The notes below the pieces were generated by a model. The model did no database searches and was not told the DNA's origin. It saw only the letters and a program-made list of their open reading frames with translations. The position numbers and the translations under genes were made by a program. Below, in pieces: positions 53,584 through 64,000 of a stretch of 64,000 nt of DNA. Source of the stretch: Desulfobaccales bacterium (GTDB taxonomy: Bacteria; Desulfobacterota; Desulfobaccia; Desulfobaccales; 0-14-0-80-60-11); the NCBI GenBank assembly GCA_052147455.1, contig JBKQKO010000017.1:769-64768 (forward strand). Reading direction: 5' to 3'. How positions within the stretch are numbered: the stretch's first letter is position 1; the number at the start of each line of letters is the position of its first letter.

Positions 53584-54003
53584 TTGCGAATCTGCGTGAT
53601 CGACGGCCAGGGGGGCGGCATCGGCGCCGCCCTGATTAAGCGCCTGAAAGAGGTGTACCGGGAGGAGCACGAGATCATCGCCCTGGGCACCAACGCGGTG
53701 GCCACCGCGCAGATGATGAAGGCCCGGGCCAACCGGGGCGCCAGCGGCGAAAATGCCATCGTCCGCACCGTGGCCACCGCCGACGTCATCCTGGGCTGCC
53801 TCTCCATCGTCCTGGCCAACGCCATGATGGGGGAAGTGACCCCGAAGATGGCGGCGGCCATTGCCTCGGCCCCGGCCCCTAAGATTCTGCTGCCCTTGAC
53901 CCAGGAGGCGGTGCAGATCGTCGGCCTGACGCCGGAGCCCCTGCCCCATCTGCTGGAAGAGATCGTCAGCCACAAGCTAAGGGAGATTATGGGAGATGTG
54001 TGA
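53584..54003 (+). CDS. DUF3842 family protein
   Basis: VIDGQGGGIG, ALGTNAVAT, ASGENAI, GEVTPKMA. Confidence 0.85.
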   Translation: MRICVIDGQGGGIGAALIKRLKEVYREEHEIIALGTNAVATAQMMKARANRGASGENAIVRTVATADVILGCLSIVLANAMMGEVTPKMAAAIASAPAPKILLPLTQEAVQIVGLTPEPLPHLLEEIVSHKLREIMGDV

Positions 54004-54187
54004 AGCCTCAGCCTACGTCTTGAAAGATGGCCGGGAGGAGCTGATCCTCCAGGATGTGGACCTCATTGAACCGGACGGCGACAACCTGCGCCTGGTGAAC
54101 ATCTTCGGGGAACAGAAGGTACTGAAGGCCAAAATCCTCAGCCTCAACCTGGTGAACCACAAGGTCCTCCTGGTGGAGCAGGGATAG
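53996..54187 (+). CDS. CooT family nickel-binding protein
   Basis: N-terminal MCEA, IFGEQK, LVNHKV. Confidence 0.88.
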   Translation: MCEASAYVLKDGREELILQDVDLIEPDGDNLRLVNIFGEQKVLKAKILSLNLVNHKVLLVEQG

Positions 54188-54205
54188 CCGGAAGGTTTGC
54201 AGTTT

Positions 54206-54292
54206 TCAGTTTTCGGTAAAGCCATCAGCTATCGGAGTGACTGTGAAGAAGAACGCGCCGCCAGGAACAAGGGCGCGCATATATTGCGGCAT
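54206..54292 (-). pseudogene. N-terminal remnant of a second REP-associated tyrosine transposase
   Basis: Translates as MPQYMRALVPGGAFFFTVT..., the typical RAYT start; directly follows a GTAG-type REP at 54318-54351. Confidence 0.75.
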
Positions 54293-54388
54293 ACGTTAGG
54301 CCTTGCCTAATTGCTCAAGGCGGGATGCGCTTCACTTTCCCGCCCTTACGGGCTCATAGCTAAAGGCTTTGCGGTTCGTTCAGTGATG

Positions 54389-55207
54389 TTATGCGATAGG
54401 AAGACTGTCTAATGGTCCGAATTGCTCTCCATTTATCCACACTTCGATGGACCCGGTCCGTCCCTTTTGTTTGATTAACTCATTTCGAGCCCATTCTGCC
54501 CACGAATCCCAGGGTGGGAGAAAGAAATAGCCACCTTGTTTATTTCCGACTGCAGTGTATTGGCCTGTTGCAACAGATGCTGCTGTTAGCAGACATACAA
54601 GGGCCGCCCTTTCTTCGTGATCTCGGTTCGATTGGATGGTGTCAAGGATGGCCCAAGCCTCTTCTGACCCGATGGCTTCAATGATATTCGAAAATGCTTG
54701 TACGTCACGACATTGGTCATACAGCCAATCGAACTTCTTTCCTCTTTTAAGCCTCGGCATATTATCGAAGTGAGCATTATGGATCGAAACACCAAGAAAA
54801 GCGTTGGGAAAGGCCTCCACCAAATTCTTTCCCGCCCATGCACGCGGAAACTCAAAGGATAGATTAAGTCCGGATGTTACCTCTGAAAGCTGCTTGGCAC
54901 TCTCATGGCCAGCCTCTCTGAATTGGCTTCCTGTGCCCCGGACGTGAGAAAATCCAGGCTTGCATCTCCGTTGAAATAACCCCATCGTAAAAATTTGTTC
55001 ACAAGCCCGTTTTTCAGTATTTGACTCCCTCAGGAGAGGACCGTCTATAGCTGTTACTTGCGAGGTAAAATCGCAGCCAATTAGTTCAGCCCTGCTCTCC
55101 CATGAAGAAGAAGCACGGCCGAGTACCAAACCCCTCCCACTCATTCTTGCTACAGCGGAGGTACGTCTTGTTGCGGAAAACCCGATATCAATGCCAATTA
55201 GTTCCAT
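54389..55207 (-). CDS. DUF429-like predicted RNase H-fold nuclease
   Basis: LIGIDIGFS, TAIDGPL, R.CE, LVEAFPN; lower GC; likely start at ATG 55207. Confidence 0.75.
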   Translation of the reverse strand: MELIGIDIGFSATRRTSAVARMSGRGLVLGRASSSWESRAELIGCDFTSQVTAIDGPLLRESNTEKRACEQIFTMGLFQRRCKPGFSHVRGTGSQFREAGHESAKQLSEVTSGLNLSFEFPRAWAGKNLVEAFPNAFLGVSIHNAHFDNMPRLKRGKKFDWLYDQCRDVQAFSNIIEAIGSEEAWAILDTIQSNRDHEERAALVCLLTAASVATGQYTAVGNKQGGYFFLPPWDSWAEWARNELIKQKGRTGSIEVWINGEQFGPLDSLPIA

Positions 55208-55278
55208 GTTTTTCAGACCGTAGGGCGGGAAAGCGCAGCGCATCCCGCCTTCAGCATTAATCACGAAAACCGCAAACT

Positions 55279-56418
55279 CTACTTCACCCTGACATACTTG
55301 CCGTTCTGGACCTCCAGGATATAGACCCCTTCAATGCCGGCCCGGACAAGGTCGTGGGTCTTGTCAAAGGAGAGTCTGCCGGTGACTCCGTCGAAGTCCT
55401 TCACGCTGTCCAGGAACTCCTTGATGCCCGCGGAGGTGGGGCCGTTTTTCTTCATGCCCTCCAGGATCATGGAAGTGGCGTCATAGCCGAGGGCGGCGAA
55501 CATGAGATTGTAGGGATCGTGGTTTTTCTCGGCCAGTTCCTGGTAATTCTTCTTGAAACTCTGATTTTTCGGGGTGTCGTAGCCCTCGTCATACTCGCCG
55601 CCGATGACGTGCCCTGCCGCCGCCTCTCCGGCCAGCTTGATATAGGTGAGATCATTGTCACCATAGACCCCCAGGATCTTCTGGTTCATCCCCAACTGCC
55701 GGGCCTGGGCCGCGGCGGGCGCGGTCTCGGGGGTGTAGCCGGGAATGAACAGGATATCGGGGTTGACGGCCTCGATCTTGGTGAGCTCCGCCTTGAAATC
55801 CCGGGCCCCGCGATTGAAAGACTCCCGGTCCACCACCTTGATCCCCAATTTTTCGAAGTCCTCGCTGAAGAACTTATCCGAGCCTTTGCCGTAAGGTTCG
55901 TTGGAGTAGAAGACGGCCACGTTTTTGGGCTTCCAGGTATCGGCCACGTATTTGGTCAAGACCTTGGCCTGGGTGTCGATGCGGGAGCAGCCCCGGTAGA
56001 GGTAGGTTCCCAGGCCGCTGAGCTGCGGGGTGGTGGCGGTGGGGGAGATGTCCACCACTTTGGCATCCTCCGCGGTCTTGGCCGCGGCCATCATGGCGCC
56101 GGAGGTCATGGGACCGACGATAGCCACCACCTGGTCAACATTGATGAGCTTCTGCACCGCGTTGACCGCGGCCGCGGGGGAATCTTTCTCGTCTTCCATG
56201 AAAAGTTCCACCTTCGTGCCGTTGATGCCGCCGGCCTGGTTCACCTCCGCCACCGCCATCTCCACCCCCCGGCTGCAGGGAATGCCTTGCTCGGCGCCAA
56301 TGGACAGGCGCATCACCGCGCCCATTTTGATGGTTTTTTTGGCCCGTCCACAGGCCGAAAGGGCGATCAGCAGTAGAATTGCCAGGCCAACAACCAGAAT
56401 CCCCCGAATCTTTGCCAT
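55279..56418 (-). CDS. LivK-type ABC transporter substrate-binding lipoprotein
   Basis: Lipobox LSAC; EVNQAGGING, AIVGPMTS, ALGYDA, FDGVTG. Confidence 0.92.
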   Translation of the reverse strand: MAKIRGILVVGLAILLLIALSACGRAKKTIKMGAVMRLSIGAEQGIPCSRGVEMAVAEVNQAGGINGTKVELFMEDEKDSPAAAVNAVQKLINVDQVVAIVGPMTSGAMMAAAKTAEDAKVVDISPTATTPQLSGLGTYLYRGCSRIDTQAKVLTKYVADTWKPKNVAVFYSNEPYGKGSDKFFSEDFEKLGIKVVDRESFNRGARDFKAELTKIEAVNPDILFIPGYTPETAPAAAQARQLGMNQKILGVYGDNDLTYIKLAGEAAAGHVIGGEYDEGYDTPKNQSFKKNYQELAEKNHDPYNLMFAALGYDATSMILEGMKKNGPTSAGIKEFLDSVKDFDGVTGRLSFDKTHDLVRAGIEGVYILEVQNGKYVRVK

Positions 56419-56493
56419 TTCTATCTCCTCATCGATGATTTTCTGAGTTATGCAGGATAGCGGTGCCGCCGCCAAGACGGGACCTTTCCATAC

Positions 56494-57747
56494 TTACCCC
56501 ACATCTGCCATCTCTTTCAAGGTAATTCGGGCATCGATGCCCAGGTTTTCCTGGAGGTGGCGCCGCGCCCGGCGGCACAGACCCTCCAAGGCCTTGATCT
56601 CATCGGAAAAAAAGATCTCCGCCACGCTCAGGTCGATTTCCAGGACCTCCAGCCCCTCCTCCGCCACCACCCGGCGGCGGTACTGGGGCAGAAAGCCCTC
56701 CATGACCTCTTGGAGGAGCGCCTCGATCTGGTCGGGGTGCACCTTGATGCCGCCCACCGAAAAGATGGGGTCGGTGCGCCCGGTGATCTCCCCCAGGCGC
56801 ACCAGGCTGCGGCCACAGGGGCAGGGGCCGGGGAGCAGCGAAGTCAAGTCGCCGCTGCGAAAGCGCACCAGGGGAAAGGCCACGGTGCTCAGGGTGGTGA
56901 TCACCAACTCGCCGGGAGCGCCGGCGGGAACCGGGACGCGGCTCTCCGGGTCGATGATCTCCGGGTAGAAGTGGTCCTCGGAGAAGTGGAGACCCTCCCC
57001 CTGGCCGCAACTAAAGGCCAGTCCCGGTCCCATCACTTCGGTGATGCCGTAAGCAGTGGCCACCCGGATCTGAAAGCCGGCCTCTATTTCCTGGCGCACC
57101 TCCCGGGCCAGGGGCGCGGCCACCAGCAGGGCGGCCCCCAGGCTCAATTCCGCGGCGGTGAGGTCCATGCGCTCCATCACCGTCAGCAGGTGCCGAGCCA
57201 GGGAGGGGGTGGTGACCAGGATCGAGGTCTTGTAATCCCGCATCACCATGAGCTGCTTGGCAAAGCTGAGGCTGGCCGCGGGGATCACCGAGGCCCCCAG
57301 GTGCTCCGCCCCGGCCTGCAGGTCCCGGCGCCAGTTGGCCAGACCCGGTGGCAGGACTATTTGCAAGATATCCTCTGGCGTCACCCCGCAGGCGGCGTAC
57401 AGGCGAGCCAGGAGCTCCAGCCAGAGTTTCACGTCCTGGGAGGCGTAGCCCACCACCAGGGGCCGCTGCGAAGTGCCGGGGGAGGACTGGATGCGGACGA
57501 TGTCCCGCAAGGGCACGGCGAACATGCCGTAAGGATAATTCTCCGAAAGGTCGTCCCGGGTGGTGACCGGCAGGCGGCTCAAGTCGGCGGGACTGCGAAC
57601 GGCCTCGGGGCGCACTCCCAGGCGGTCGAACTGGTGGCGGTAGAATTCTACCTGTCGGTAAGCCCGGGTCAAAGTGGACTGGAGCCGCTCCAACTGCAGC
57701 AGTTCCAGCTCTTCCCGGTCCATGGCCTCGAATTCCGGCTGGCGCAT
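56494..57747 (-). CDS. phenylacetate-CoA ligase family protein
   Basis: YPYGMFAVP, YGITEVMGPG, EDHFYPEIIDP, GELVITTL; the SSGTTG loop is degenerate (SSPGTSQ). Confidence 0.88.
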   Translation of the reverse strand: MRQPEFEAMDREELELLQLERLQSTLTRAYRQVEFYRHQFDRLGVRPEAVRSPADLSRLPVTTRDDLSENYPYGMFAVPLRDIVRIQSSPGTSQRPLVVGYASQDVKLWLELLARLYAACGVTPEDILQIVLPPGLANWRRDLQAGAEHLGASVIPAASLSFAKQLMVMRDYKTSILVTTPSLARHLLTVMERMDLTAAELSLGAALLVAAPLAREVRQEIEAGFQIRVATAYGITEVMGPGLAFSCGQGEGLHFSEDHFYPEIIDPESRVPVPAGAPGELVITTLSTVAFPLVRFRSGDLTSLLPGPCPCGRSLVRLGEITGRTDPIFSVGGIKVHPDQIEALLQEVMEGFLPQYRRRVVAEEGLEVLEIDLSVAEIFFSDEIKALEGLCRRARRHLQENLGIDARITLKEMADVG

Positions 57748-57754
57748 GTTTCCT

Positions 57755-57905
57755 CCAGTAGCCAGTAGTCAGTAGTCAGTAGCCAGTAGCCAGTAAAAAA
57801 CCCCACCTATTTTTTCATCGAAGCTAGAAGTCCATTTAAAATGCGTCCTACTTCCGAAGCCATCTCAAGTTTCCAGTAGCCAGTAGTCAGTAGCCAGTAG
57901 CCAGT
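57755..57905. repeat. two AG(C/T)CAGT heptamer arrays (57755-57794, 57873-57905) separated by a duplicated gene 3' end
   Basis: About 6 and 5 units; 57807-57870 copies 57918-57981 with two substitutions. Confidence 0.95.
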
Positions 57906-57917
57906 AAAAAACCCCAC

Positions 57918-58274
57918 CTATTTTTTCATCGAAGCTATAAGCCCATTTAAAATGCGTCCTACTTCCGAAGCCATCTCAAGTAATACTGTAGCCTCTGGTT
58001 CATCCAAATATTCAAGATTCTTGGCTATCATAATTTGGGTTTCCAGTTCTGATAATGATCCTCTGGCATTTCCCAAAAATACTCGAAATTCTCCCCGGGA
58101 TAAACGTCCCTGGCCTTCAGCAATATTACTGGGAATAGAAACCGCGGCTCGACGGAGCTGGCTGGTGAGACCAAACATCTCTTCCTTAGGCAATTTTTTG
58201 GTCAGGCGATAAATCTCCGTTACCAAATCCATAGCCTTTTGCCAGCCGATCAAATCCATATAATATCTTGTCAT
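57918..58274 (-). CDS. four-helix-bundle protein (23S rRNA IVS / bAvd-like family)
   Basis: YMDLIGWQKA, LPKEEMFGLTSQLRRAAVSIPSNIAEG, ARGSLSELETQ. Confidence 0.95.
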   Translation of the reverse strand: MTRYYMDLIGWQKAMDLVTEIYRLTKKLPKEEMFGLTSQLRRAAVSIPSNIAEGQGRLSRGEFRVFLGNARGSLSELETQIMIAKNLEYLDEPEATVLLEMASEVGRILNGLIASMKK

Positions 58275-58313
58275 AGTCTAACTTCTCTTAGTGTCTGCCT
58301 ATTATCAAAAAAA

Positions 58314-58362
58314 ACTGACTACTGGCTACTGACTACTGACTACTGGCTACTGCCTACTGACT
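58314..58362. repeat. seven ACTG(A/G/C)CT heptamers, inverted relative to 57755-57905
   Basis: Seven units counted directly; begins 2 nt after the livF stop on the minus strand. Confidence 0.95.
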
Positions 58363-58364
58363 TC

Positions 58365-59105
<741 letters not shown>

Positions 59106-59147
59106 GCCCGTTTTCCGTTTTCAGTTTTCCGTTTTCCGTCAAATTTG

Positions 59148-59417
59148 CTCCCCTTGGTAGTTCCGTTCTCGCAGCCTGTGTTGTTTTTCTCTAATAATCA
59201 TATCAAGAAAGCGCAGGCTAAAGCCTGCGGCTACAATTTAAAGGCCAGGATCAATTTTGTCCTGCACAGGCGAGACGCCTGTGCCACCAGGTCCTTTTAC
59301 AAAAAACGGTAAACGGAAAACGGTAAACGGCTCTTTACGTCTGCCAATCCGTCCCCAGATAGGCGGCGATCACCTCCGGATTCTTCTGAATGGCCCGGGG
59401 CGGGCCCTCGGCGATGA
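59148..59417. repeat. direct duplicate of 59889-60200 (livG 3' end, heptamers, two REPs and the RAYT 5' end)
   Basis: Identical except for three substitutions and 4 versus 10 AAACGG(T/A) units. Confidence 0.95.
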
Positions 59418-59425
59418 TTTTTTCT

Positions 59426-59975
59426 GTAGCCGCAGGCTTTAGCCTGCGCTTATCACTTAAACCATGGCCTGGAGGATATAGTCTAATTCGCAGCTCATGG
59501 CCCCTTTAAAGGGGTACTTCTGCCAGTTAGCAACCAAACCTTTTCTCACCGGATTATCAAGAATATACCTGGCAATGTTGACCAGACCTTCATCTTTTCT
59601 AATAATATGGTCAAAAAAATCTTTCTGCCAACTTGCACTGCTTAGATTCTGTGATAGCCAATAACCAGTTTTTTGTTTATATGCTTTAATAAAATCTAAG
59701 ACCCCCGAGTTGGAATCAGTCCCTGTAACAATTAAATGTTGATGGTCCGGCATAAAATAATAAACTGGAATAATACAAGAAGACTCTTCTACTTGGGATT
59801 TTAGAATATTTATAAAAACAGTAACCGCATAAATACTTTTAAATAATTGGACCCTGTCTGTGATACAGAGCGTAAAAGAAACAGAAACCTCCCCTTGGTA
59901 GTTCCGTTCTCGTAGCCTGTGTTGTTTTTCTCTAATAATCATATCAAGAAAGCGCAGGCTAAAGCCTGCGGCTAC
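59426..59975 (-). mobile_element. RAYT locus: transposase flanked by inverted REPs (59426-59449, 59952-59975)
   Basis: GTAGCCGCAGGCTTTAGCCTGCGC and its exact reverse complement; a dispersed copy lies at 9228-9247. Confidence 0.88.
59457..59942 (-). CDS. REP-associated tyrosine (HUH, Y1) transposase
   Basis: MPDHQHLI (HUH), WQKDFFDHIIR, YILDNPVRKGL; AT-rich. Confidence 0.92.
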   Translation of the reverse strand: MIIREKQHRLRERNYQGEVSVSFTLCITDRVQLFKSIYAVTVFINILKSQVEESSCIIPVYYFMPDHQHLIVTGTDSNSGVLDFIKAYKQKTGYWLSQNLSSASWQKDFFDHIIRKDEGLVNIARYILDNPVRKGLVANWQKYPFKGAMSCELDYILQAMV

Positions 59976-60044
59976 AATTTAAAGGGCAGGATCAATTTTG
60001 TCCTGCACAGGCGAGACGCCTGTGCCACCAGGTCCTTTTACAAA

Positions 60045-60114
60045 AAACGGTAAACGGAAAACGGTAAACGGTAAACGGAAAACGGTAAACGGTAAACGGT
60101 AAACGGTAAACGGT
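60045..60114. repeat. ten AAACGG(T/A) heptamers; inverted partner array at 59108-59139
   Basis: Counted directly; the partner reads CCGTTTT CCGTTTT CAGTTTT CCGTTTT CCGT. Confidence 0.95.
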
Positions 60115-60117
60115 TCT

Positions 60118-60903
<786 letters not shown>

Positions 60904-61055
60904 AATAACCAGGCGTCAAGCACCGGGACCCGGGGAGCCCGGAAATTTATCCGAATCCTCCCGGTCTCCGAGTGCAAGATTTCAGGAAAGGTCGCTCCCA
61001 AACTGGGCCAAGTCATCTTCATCGCTCACTTCCGCTGGTCTCCGGGTGCGGGATT

Positions 61056-62021
61056 TCAGGGAAGATAACTCCCTTTTCGTTTGTAGCGCCGGAATTCCCT
61101 CAGGTCCATAAGGCCCCGCACCAGGCCCCGGGGCAGGAAGATCATCACCACCATGAGAATGGCCCCGAAGATGACCATTTCGAAATCGTGGAACACGGTG
61201 AGCACCTCCGGCAGCACCGTCAGCACCCCGGCCCCCAGAAGCGAGCCCCAGATGCTGGCCATCCCCCCCAGCACCACCATGGCCACCAGTTTGATGGAGA
61301 ACATGAAACCGAAGGAGGCGGGGGCAATGAAATTGAGGCTGTGGGCATAGAGACTCCCCGCCAGGGAGGCGTAAAGGGCGCTCCAGATAAAGATCTTGAG
61401 CTTCAGGCGGGCGGTGTCCACCCCCAGGGAGGCGGCGGCGGCTTCGGAGTCGTGCAGGGCCCGCAGGGCCCGGCCGGACCGGGAGTCCACCAGGTTGGCG
61501 CTCAGGGCCAGGATCACCCCCACCGCCAGCCAGATCAACGGATAGAGGCGCCGGGCCGTGTTCAGGGGAAAGCCCGCCAGGGTCAGGGGCGGGATCCCCG
61601 CGAGGCCCGAGGGGCCGCCGGTGAGTGCCTGGGTTTGGTTCAGGATGATGGAGACAATGATGCCGAAGCCCAGGGTGGCCATGGCCAGGTAATAGCCCCG
61701 GAGCTTCAAGGCCGGGACGCCGATGAGAAACGCCGCGCTCCCGGAAAGTACCAGCCCGGCCAGCAGCGCCAGCCAGGGGTTGACCCCGCAGGTGGCGGTG
61801 AGGATGCCGGAAGTATAGGCGCCCAGGCCGAAGAAGGCGGCATGACCCAGGGAGATCTGTCCGGCGTACCCCAGCAGCAGGTTGAGCCCCACCACCAGCA
61901 GGGTGTGGATGCCGACGAAATTGAGCAGGGTGAAATAGTATTCGTTAGCCAGGCCGGCGGCGATGGCCAGCGCCACCAGTGCGAACAGCACCCAGCGGTT
62001 CCAGAGCCCGGCCAAGTTCAT
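61056..62021 (-). CDS. livM: ABC transporter permease
   Basis: GYAGQISLGHAAFFG, LRGYYLAMATL, TGGPSG. Confidence 0.92.
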   Translation of the reverse strand: MNLAGLWNRWVLFALVALAIAAGLANEYYFTLLNFVGIHTLLVVGLNLLLGYAGQISLGHAAFFGLGAYTSGILTATCGVNPWLALLAGLVLSGSAAFLIGVPALKLRGYYLAMATLGFGIIVSIILNQTQALTGGPSGLAGIPPLTLAGFPLNTARRLYPLIWLAVGVILALSANLVDSRSGRALRALHDSEAAAASLGVDTARLKLKIFIWSALYASLAGSLYAHSLNFIAPASFGFMFSIKLVAMVVLGGMASIWGSLLGAGVLTVLPEVLTVFHDFEMVIFGAILMVVMIFLPRGLVRGLMDLREFRRYKRKGSYLP

Positions 62022-62887
62022 TGCCGGCCTCCCAGCAGACCCCGGGGCCGCAGAAAGAGGACCACCAGGAGCAGCAGAAAGGTTACCGCGTCCCGGTAGC
62101 CCGAGGAGATCAGCCCGGTGGTGAAGGATTCGGCCAGACCCAGGAGCAGGCCCCCCAGGACTCCGCCAGAGAGGCTGCCCAGGCCGCCGATGATGGCCGC
62201 GGCAAATCCTTTGAGCCCCAGCATGGTGCCCATGTCGTAGACCCCCAGGGTGAGGGGGGCGATGAGGATGCCGGCTCCGGCCCCCAGGAGGGCGGAAAGG
62301 ACAAAGGAGAGCTGCACCATGCGGCTGGCGGCAATGCCCACCAGGCGGGCGGCCCGAAGATTATAGGAGCAGGCCCGCATGGCCTTGCCCATCAGGGTGA
62401 GGCGGAAAAAGGCCTCCAGGGCCAGCACCAGGAGCAGCGTCAGCCCCAGGACCCAGAGGTTCTGCGGGAGAATGGTGGCCGGACCCAGGTGCAGCGGGGC
62501 CTCTCCGGAAAAGGGAGGCAGGGTATAGGACTCTTTGCCCCACAGGAGCATGGCCACCCCTTTGAGGAAGACCCCGGCGCCCACGGTGATGATGATCAGG
62601 GTGAGGGGGGCGGCCTCACCCACCGGGCGCAAGGCCAGACGCTCAAAGGCCAGGCCCACCAGGGAGACGATGATAACTGCGCCCAGAAAGGCCAGGGGCA
62701 GGGAAGGGGCCAGGTGGTAAATGCTGATGGCGCACATGGCCCCCAGCATCACGAACTCGCCCTGCGCGAAGTTAATGATGGTGGTGGTATTAAAGATGAT
62801 GCCGAACCCCAGGGCAATGAGGGCGTAAATGGCGCCGTTGGTCAGGCCGGAGATGAAGTATTGCAGCAGTGGGGCAAGGATTGGCAA
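62018..62887 (-). CDS. livH: ABC transporter permease
   Basis: GAIYALIALG, INFAQGE, GKAMRA, KGFAAAIIGG. Confidence 0.92.
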   Translation of the reverse strand: MPILAPLLQYFISGLTNGAIYALIALGFGIIFNTTTIINFAQGEFVMLGAMCAISIYHLAPSLPLAFLGAVIIVSLVGLAFERLALRPVGEAAPLTLIIITVGAGVFLKGVAMLLWGKESYTLPPFSGEAPLHLGPATILPQNLWVLGLTLLLVLALEAFFRLTLMGKAMRACSYNLRAARLVGIAASRMVQLSFVLSALLGAGAGILIAPLTLGVYDMGTMLGLKGFAAAIIGGLGSLSGGVLGGLLLGLAESFTTGLISSGYRDAVTFLLLLVVLFLRPRGLLGGRQ

Positions 62888-62963
62888 GGCAGTGATCTAA
62901 TGATCCATGACCAGTGGTCAGCGGCTCGATTTTTCCCGGCCCCTGACCACTGACCACTATCCG

Positions 62964-64000
62964 TTAATCTATCAAGGTGAATTGGCCCTTCTCAATCTTC
63001 ACCATCACGAAGGCCGCCGCAGACAGACCGTTGTGGTCGTCGGGACTCATGTTGAAGACGCCGCTGACCCCCGGGAAGTTTTTGATGCCTTCCAGGGCCT
63101 CCCGGATCTTTGCCTGGTCGCGGCCCGCCTTCTCCAGGGCCTGGTCCAGCATCCTCTGGGCGTCAAAGGCATAGCCGCCGAAGCTGGATTCCGGCGCCTT
63201 GAACCTGGCCCGGTATTTTTCGGCGTATTCCTGACACACGGCCTTTTGCGGGTCGGAGTCGGGCAATTGCTGGTAGATCGCCAATTTGCCGGCGGGCATG
63301 ATGACGCCTTCCGCCCCCTCGCCGGCCAGTTCGATGAACTTTTTAGAGGCGGCGCCGTGGCTCTGGATCAGGGGCAGGGTCAGGGCCAACTGCTTCAGGT
63401 TCTTGGCCACCAGGGCCGGGGCCGGACCGGTGCCCCAACAGATCACCGCCTGGGCCGCCGTTCCCCTGATCTTGGTGAGCTGCGGGCTCATGTCCGTGTC
63501 TTTTTCCCCGAAGACCTCCTGGGCCAGCACCTCGATGCCGTATTGGGCCGCCTGGGAGAGAAGCTGCTCCTTGCCCGCCACTCCAAAGCCGGTGGACATG
63601 GTGAGGATGGCGACCCTGGCAATCCCCTGTTTCTGACAATACTGGTAAATGCGGCTCACCGCCATCTGGTCCGTCTGGGCCGTCTTGAAGACCCAGGCGC
63701 GTTCCTGGGCCGGGGAGGTGATGGAAGCCGCGGCCGCGCAAGAGATCAGGGGCACTTTGGCCTTCTGGGTAATCTCCAGCACCGCCATGGAGGTGGGGGT
63801 GAGGCTGGGTCCGATGATGGCCAGGGCCTGGTCCTTCTGCAGGAGCTTTTCCGCCGCGAGGCGGGCCTTGGTAACGTCGCCTTCGTCATCGTAAATCATC
63901 AGTTTCAGAGGGTGGCCGTTGATGCCGCCCTTGGCATTGATTTCCTCGGCCACCATCTCCATGGAATTGCGCTCCGGTTCCCCCAGGTAGGATTGGGGGC
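62964..64000 (-). CDS. LivK-type substrate-binding protein, 5' end outside the window
   Basis: EINAKGGING, AIIGPS, PLISCAA, FPGVSGVF. Confidence 0.9.
   Translation of the reverse strand, partial: PQSYLGEPERNSMEMVAEEINAKGGINGHPLKLMIYDDEGDVTKARLAAEKLLQKDQALAIIGPSLTPTSMAVLEITQKAKVPLISCAAAASITSPAQERAWVFKTAQTDQMAVSRIYQYCQKQGIARVAILTMSTGFGVAGKEQLLSQAAQYGIEVLAQEVFGEKDTDMSPQLTKIRGTAAQAVICWGTGPAPALVAKNLKQLALTLPLIQSHGAASKKFIELAGEGAEGVIMPAGKLAIYQQLPDSDPQKAVCQEYAEKYRARFKAPESSFGGYAFDAQRMLDQALEKAGRDQAKIREALEGIKNFPGVSGVFNMSPDDHNGLSAAAFVMVKIEKGQFTLID

Noticed and set aside
57807-57981. DGR template/variable repeat pair (given the Avd-like gene)
   Set aside because: No reverse transcriptase in the window; only two differences, and the adenines are not confined to one copy
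59457-59942. IS200/IS605 element with TnpB
   Set aside because: No tnpB; flanking inverted GTAG REPs and the motif pattern indicate a RAYT

Overview
GC-rich bacterial chromosomal window. Gene content (HdrA/Mvh, CIRCE-controlled groESL) and selenocysteine use suggest an anaerobic Desulfobacterota-type organism (inference). Most of it is housekeeping: argH-lipoprotein-lysA-dapF-dapA, purC, queD, rimO, a polyprenyl synthetase, groESL, wrbA, malic enzyme, prmA, leuD-leuB-asd, rsmD-coaD and a liv-type ABC operon with a phenylacetate-CoA ligase. Main findings: (1) a putatively sigma54-driven hdrL-mvhD-orf-mvhG-mvhA-protease operon in which three genes are broken in the ORF track by in-frame UGA (Sec) codons, each followed by a hairpin whose loop starts 23 nt downstream; (2) AT-richer cargo genes (four-helix-bundle protein, RAYT transposase, DUF429 nuclease) in intergenic gaps, bracketed by inverted arrays of 7-nt repeats, two of them with local duplications of gene 3' ends; (3) a three-gene HicA-like/HicB-with-tail/unknown-protein module resembling a toxin-antitoxin-chaperone system; (4) a catalytically degenerate kinase-TM-SPOR protein; (5) several REP/MITE families and an attC half-site. 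No rRNA, tRNA or CRISPR array was recognised. All family assignments are by motif recognition, not by database search.
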